DNA of 64,000 bases, taken from NCBI GenBank assembly GCA_963749075.1, contig CAVVLJ010000016.1, positions 672,001-736,000 of the forward strand. Direction: 5' to 3'. This document shows, piece by piece, positions 61,762 to 64,000 of this stretch (positions are counted from its first letter, which is position 1; each line of letters opens with the position of its first letter). Below the pieces are notes generated by a model, which saw only the letters and a list, made by a program, of their open reading frames with translations, had not been told where the DNA came from and made no database searches. The position numbers and the translations under genes were made by a program. Source of the DNA: an uncultured Pseudomonadota bacterium (GTDB lineage Bacteria > Pseudomonadota > Alphaproteobacteria > JACZXZ01).

Positions 61762-62467
61762 ATGACCGACCGCACCCCACTCGTGCTCGTGCCGGGGCTC
61801 CTCTGCGACGCAGCACTCTGGCGCCACCAGATCGACCACTTGGCCGAGCTGGCCGACGTCACCGTCGCGGACGTGACGGCGTGCGATAGCATGGCGGCCA
61901 TGGCGGAGGCCGTGCTCGCGCAAGCGCCGCCGGGGCCCTTCGCGCTCGCCGGCCTCTCGATGGGCGGCTACATCGCGCTCGAGATCATGCGCCGGGCGCC
62001 GGAGCGCGTGCAGCGCTTGGCCCTCCTCGACACCTCGGCGCGGCTCGATACGCCCGAGCAGCGCGAGCGCCGGCTCTCCCTCATCGCCCAGTGCGGGCGC
62101 GGCGACTTCCAGGGCGTTACCAACCGTCACCTGCCGCTCTTCATCCATCCCGATCGCCTCAAGGACGAGCGCCTCACCGGCGAGATCATGGCGATGACGA
62201 AGCGCGTCGGCCGAGACGCCTACCTGCGCTGTCAGCAGGCGATCATGAGTTCGGCCGGACAGCCGGCCGCAGCTCGGCGAGATCGTGAAGCCAACCCTTG
62301 TGCTGGTTGGCCGACAGGACATTTCGACGCCGCTCGAGGCCCACGAGGAGCTCGCGGCCCGCATCCCGCGCACCAAGCTCGTGGTTGTGGAGAATTGCGG
62401 CCACCTCTCGACCATGGAGCGGCCCGAGGCGGTCACGGCCGTGATGCGCTACTGGCTGCAGGATTGA
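61762..62467 (+). pseudogene. Alpha/beta hydrolase with +1 frameshift at 62250 (or sequencing error)
   Basis: PGLLCD, GLSMGG; after AIM-S the conserved RPDSR...PTLVLVG.QD...CGHLS.MERP is one frame over; span 706 = 3n+1. Confidence 0.85.
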
Positions 62468-62621
62468 GCGGCGTTTCGGCCGGTTGCTTGCAAGCTTGCC
62501 GTGCCGCCGCTCTTATAATAAAAGAAGCAGTATGCCGCACTCGAACGGCCGAATGAAGAAACCCGGCGGGCCGCGGCAAGGCGACGCTTCAGAAAAACGA
62601 TAATTCGAGCAGGGAGGAACA

Positions 62622-63632
62622 ATGTTTACGAACAGGATGCACGTGATCGGGGGCGGCGCCTTGCTGGCGGTCCTGCTCCTCGGCTCGCTCTCGGTTGCCT
62701 CGGCGGCCGAGTTGCGGAAATTCACCTTCGGCTACGACCAGCCGCATACGACGGCTTATGGCATTGCCGGGGACATCTTCAATGCCAAGCTGATGGAGCT
62801 GAGCGGCGGCACCATGGGCATCGACCAGTTCCCGGGCGCCCAGCTGGGCCAGGAGCCGCAGATGCTCGAGAAGCTCAGGGCCGGCGACATCGATTTCATC
62901 ATCACGTCGACCGCCAACGCCGCGACGGTGGCGCCGGAGGCGGGCGTGATGTCGCTGCACTTCATCTTCCGCGACAAGGACCACTTGCGGAAGACGCTGG
63001 CCGATCCCGAGGTCGTCAAGGCGTTTCGCGACATGATTCACGACACCGTGAAGGGTGCCCAGGTGCTGGCCCTGATGACGATGGGCCTGCGCAACATGTA
63101 CGGCAAGACGCCGGTCACCAAGGTCGAGGATCTCAAGGGCGAGAAGGTGCGCGTGCAGGCGACCAAGACCGAGGACATGGCCTTCCCGGCCTATGGCGCG
63201 CAGACGGTGCACATGCCGTTCGGCGAGGTCTACACCTCGCTGCAGACGGGGGTGGTGAACTTTGCCGAGAACGGCATCAACGTTTACCTCGCGAACAAGC
63301 ACTACGAGGTGGCGCCGGTCCTCTCGATCACCGAGCACGAGGCCAACAACAACGCCATCTGGGTCAGCGACAAGACCTGGAACAGCCTGAACGACGAGCA
63401 GAAGAAATGGGTCCAGGCGGCCGCCGACGAGGTCGGAAAGGTCGAGCCGGCCAAGGCGCTGCAGCTCGAGGAAGATTCCGAAGTCAAGCTGAAGAAGATC
63501 GGCGTGAAGGTCGTCGATGACGTCGACAAGTCAGGCTTCATGAAGGACGCCCAGCCGATCCAGGACGAGCTCGCCAAGGAGCTGGGGCCGCACGCGGTCA
63601 AGATCCTGGCGCTGATCCGCAATGTGAAGTGA
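62622..63632 (+). CDS. dctP: TRAP transporter substrate-binding protein
   Basis: Signal peptide; FPGAQLG.E, DLKG.KVRV, MPFGEVYTSLQTGVV..AEN, YEV. Confidence 0.92.
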   Translation: MFTNRMHVIGGGALLAVLLLGSLSVASAAELRKFTFGYDQPHTTAYGIAGDIFNAKLMELSGGTMGIDQFPGAQLGQEPQMLEKLRAGDIDFIITSTANAATVAPEAGVMSLHFIFRDKDHLRKTLADPEVVKAFRDMIHDTVKGAQVLALMTMGLRNMYGKTPVTKVEDLKGEKVRVQATKTEDMAFPAYGAQTVHMPFGEVYTSLQTGVVNFAENGINVYLANKHYEVAPVLSITEHEANNNAIWVSDKTWNSLNDEQKKWVQAAADEVGKVEPAKALQLEEDSEVKLKKIGVKVVDDVDKSGFMKDAQPIQDELAKELGPHAVKILALIRNVK

Positions 63633-63690
63633 CCCAGCCGAAGGACCCGGGCGGCGTCGAGCAGCCTGCTCGCGCTGCGGGGGGAGGTTG

Positions 63691-64000
63691 ATGGAGGGTC
63701 AGAAAGCCCTGATCATCCAGCGCCATCGCCACCTCAAGTGGCGCGCGCTGGACCCGATCGAGGCGCTGCTGATGGTGCTCTGCGGCGTCAGCATCGCCGC
63801 CTTCACGCTGTCCGTGTTCCTCGACGTTGTGACGCGCACGCTGGGCGAGCCGTGGCTGTGGCTCCAGGAAGTGACCACCGCGTTCTTCGCCTGGGGCGTC
63901 TTCATCGGCATGGCCGCGGCGACCCGGCGCAACGATCATCTCTATCTCACCGAGCTCACCAAGCTCATGACGGGCTCGCTGCGCAGCTTCTTCGAGTCCT
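63691..64000 (+). CDS. dctQ: TRAP transporter small permease, 3'-truncated by window edge
   Basis: VVTR....PWLWLQE......WGVFIG.A.A.RRNDHL follows dctP. Confidence 0.85.
   Translation, partial: MEGQKALIIQRHRHLKWRALDPIEALLMVLCGVSIAAFTLSVFLDVVTRTLGEPWLWLQEVTTAFFAWGVFIGMAAATRRNDHLYLTELTKLMTGSLRSFFES

Overview
High-GC chromosomal window from a probable soil alphaproteobacterium (Rhodospirillales/Hyphomicrobiales-like gene content). It is mostly catabolic and housekeeping genes. These include a BKACE enzyme, Rieske ferredoxin plus reductase, a Liv-type ABC transporter with hydantoinase/oxoprolinase A/B, fhs, CoA-transferase/acyl-CoA dehydrogenase/LLM monooxygenase/esterases, feruloyl-CoA synthase, DegP with a two-component system, a queA-tgt-queF-queG cluster, a LuxR solo, dusA, a divergent SHMT-like enzyme, a DEAD helicase, an OYE-family oxidoreductase and a TRAP transporter. 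The main non-routine signals are: (1) a 485-bp element in which a lone DUF559 (Vsr/PD-(D/E)xK-like) nuclease gene is bracketed by 43-bp near-perfect inverted repeats, with seven gene-less relatives of the same hairpin+GGTGAGG repeat in intergenic regions, resembling a REP/REPIN system with DUF559 in place of a RAYT; (2) an AT-richer 5xGAF-PAS-kinase/REC/REC-cyclase cassette flanked by two direct copies of a degenerate three-part repeat; (3) an orphan lysozyme-fold toxin with a putative periplasmic immunity gene; (4) three +1 frameshifts, two of which restore a GANTC (CcrM) site when corrected. No rRNA, tRNA, CRISPR array, integrase or classical transposase was seen. All calls are by eye from motifs; no searches were run.
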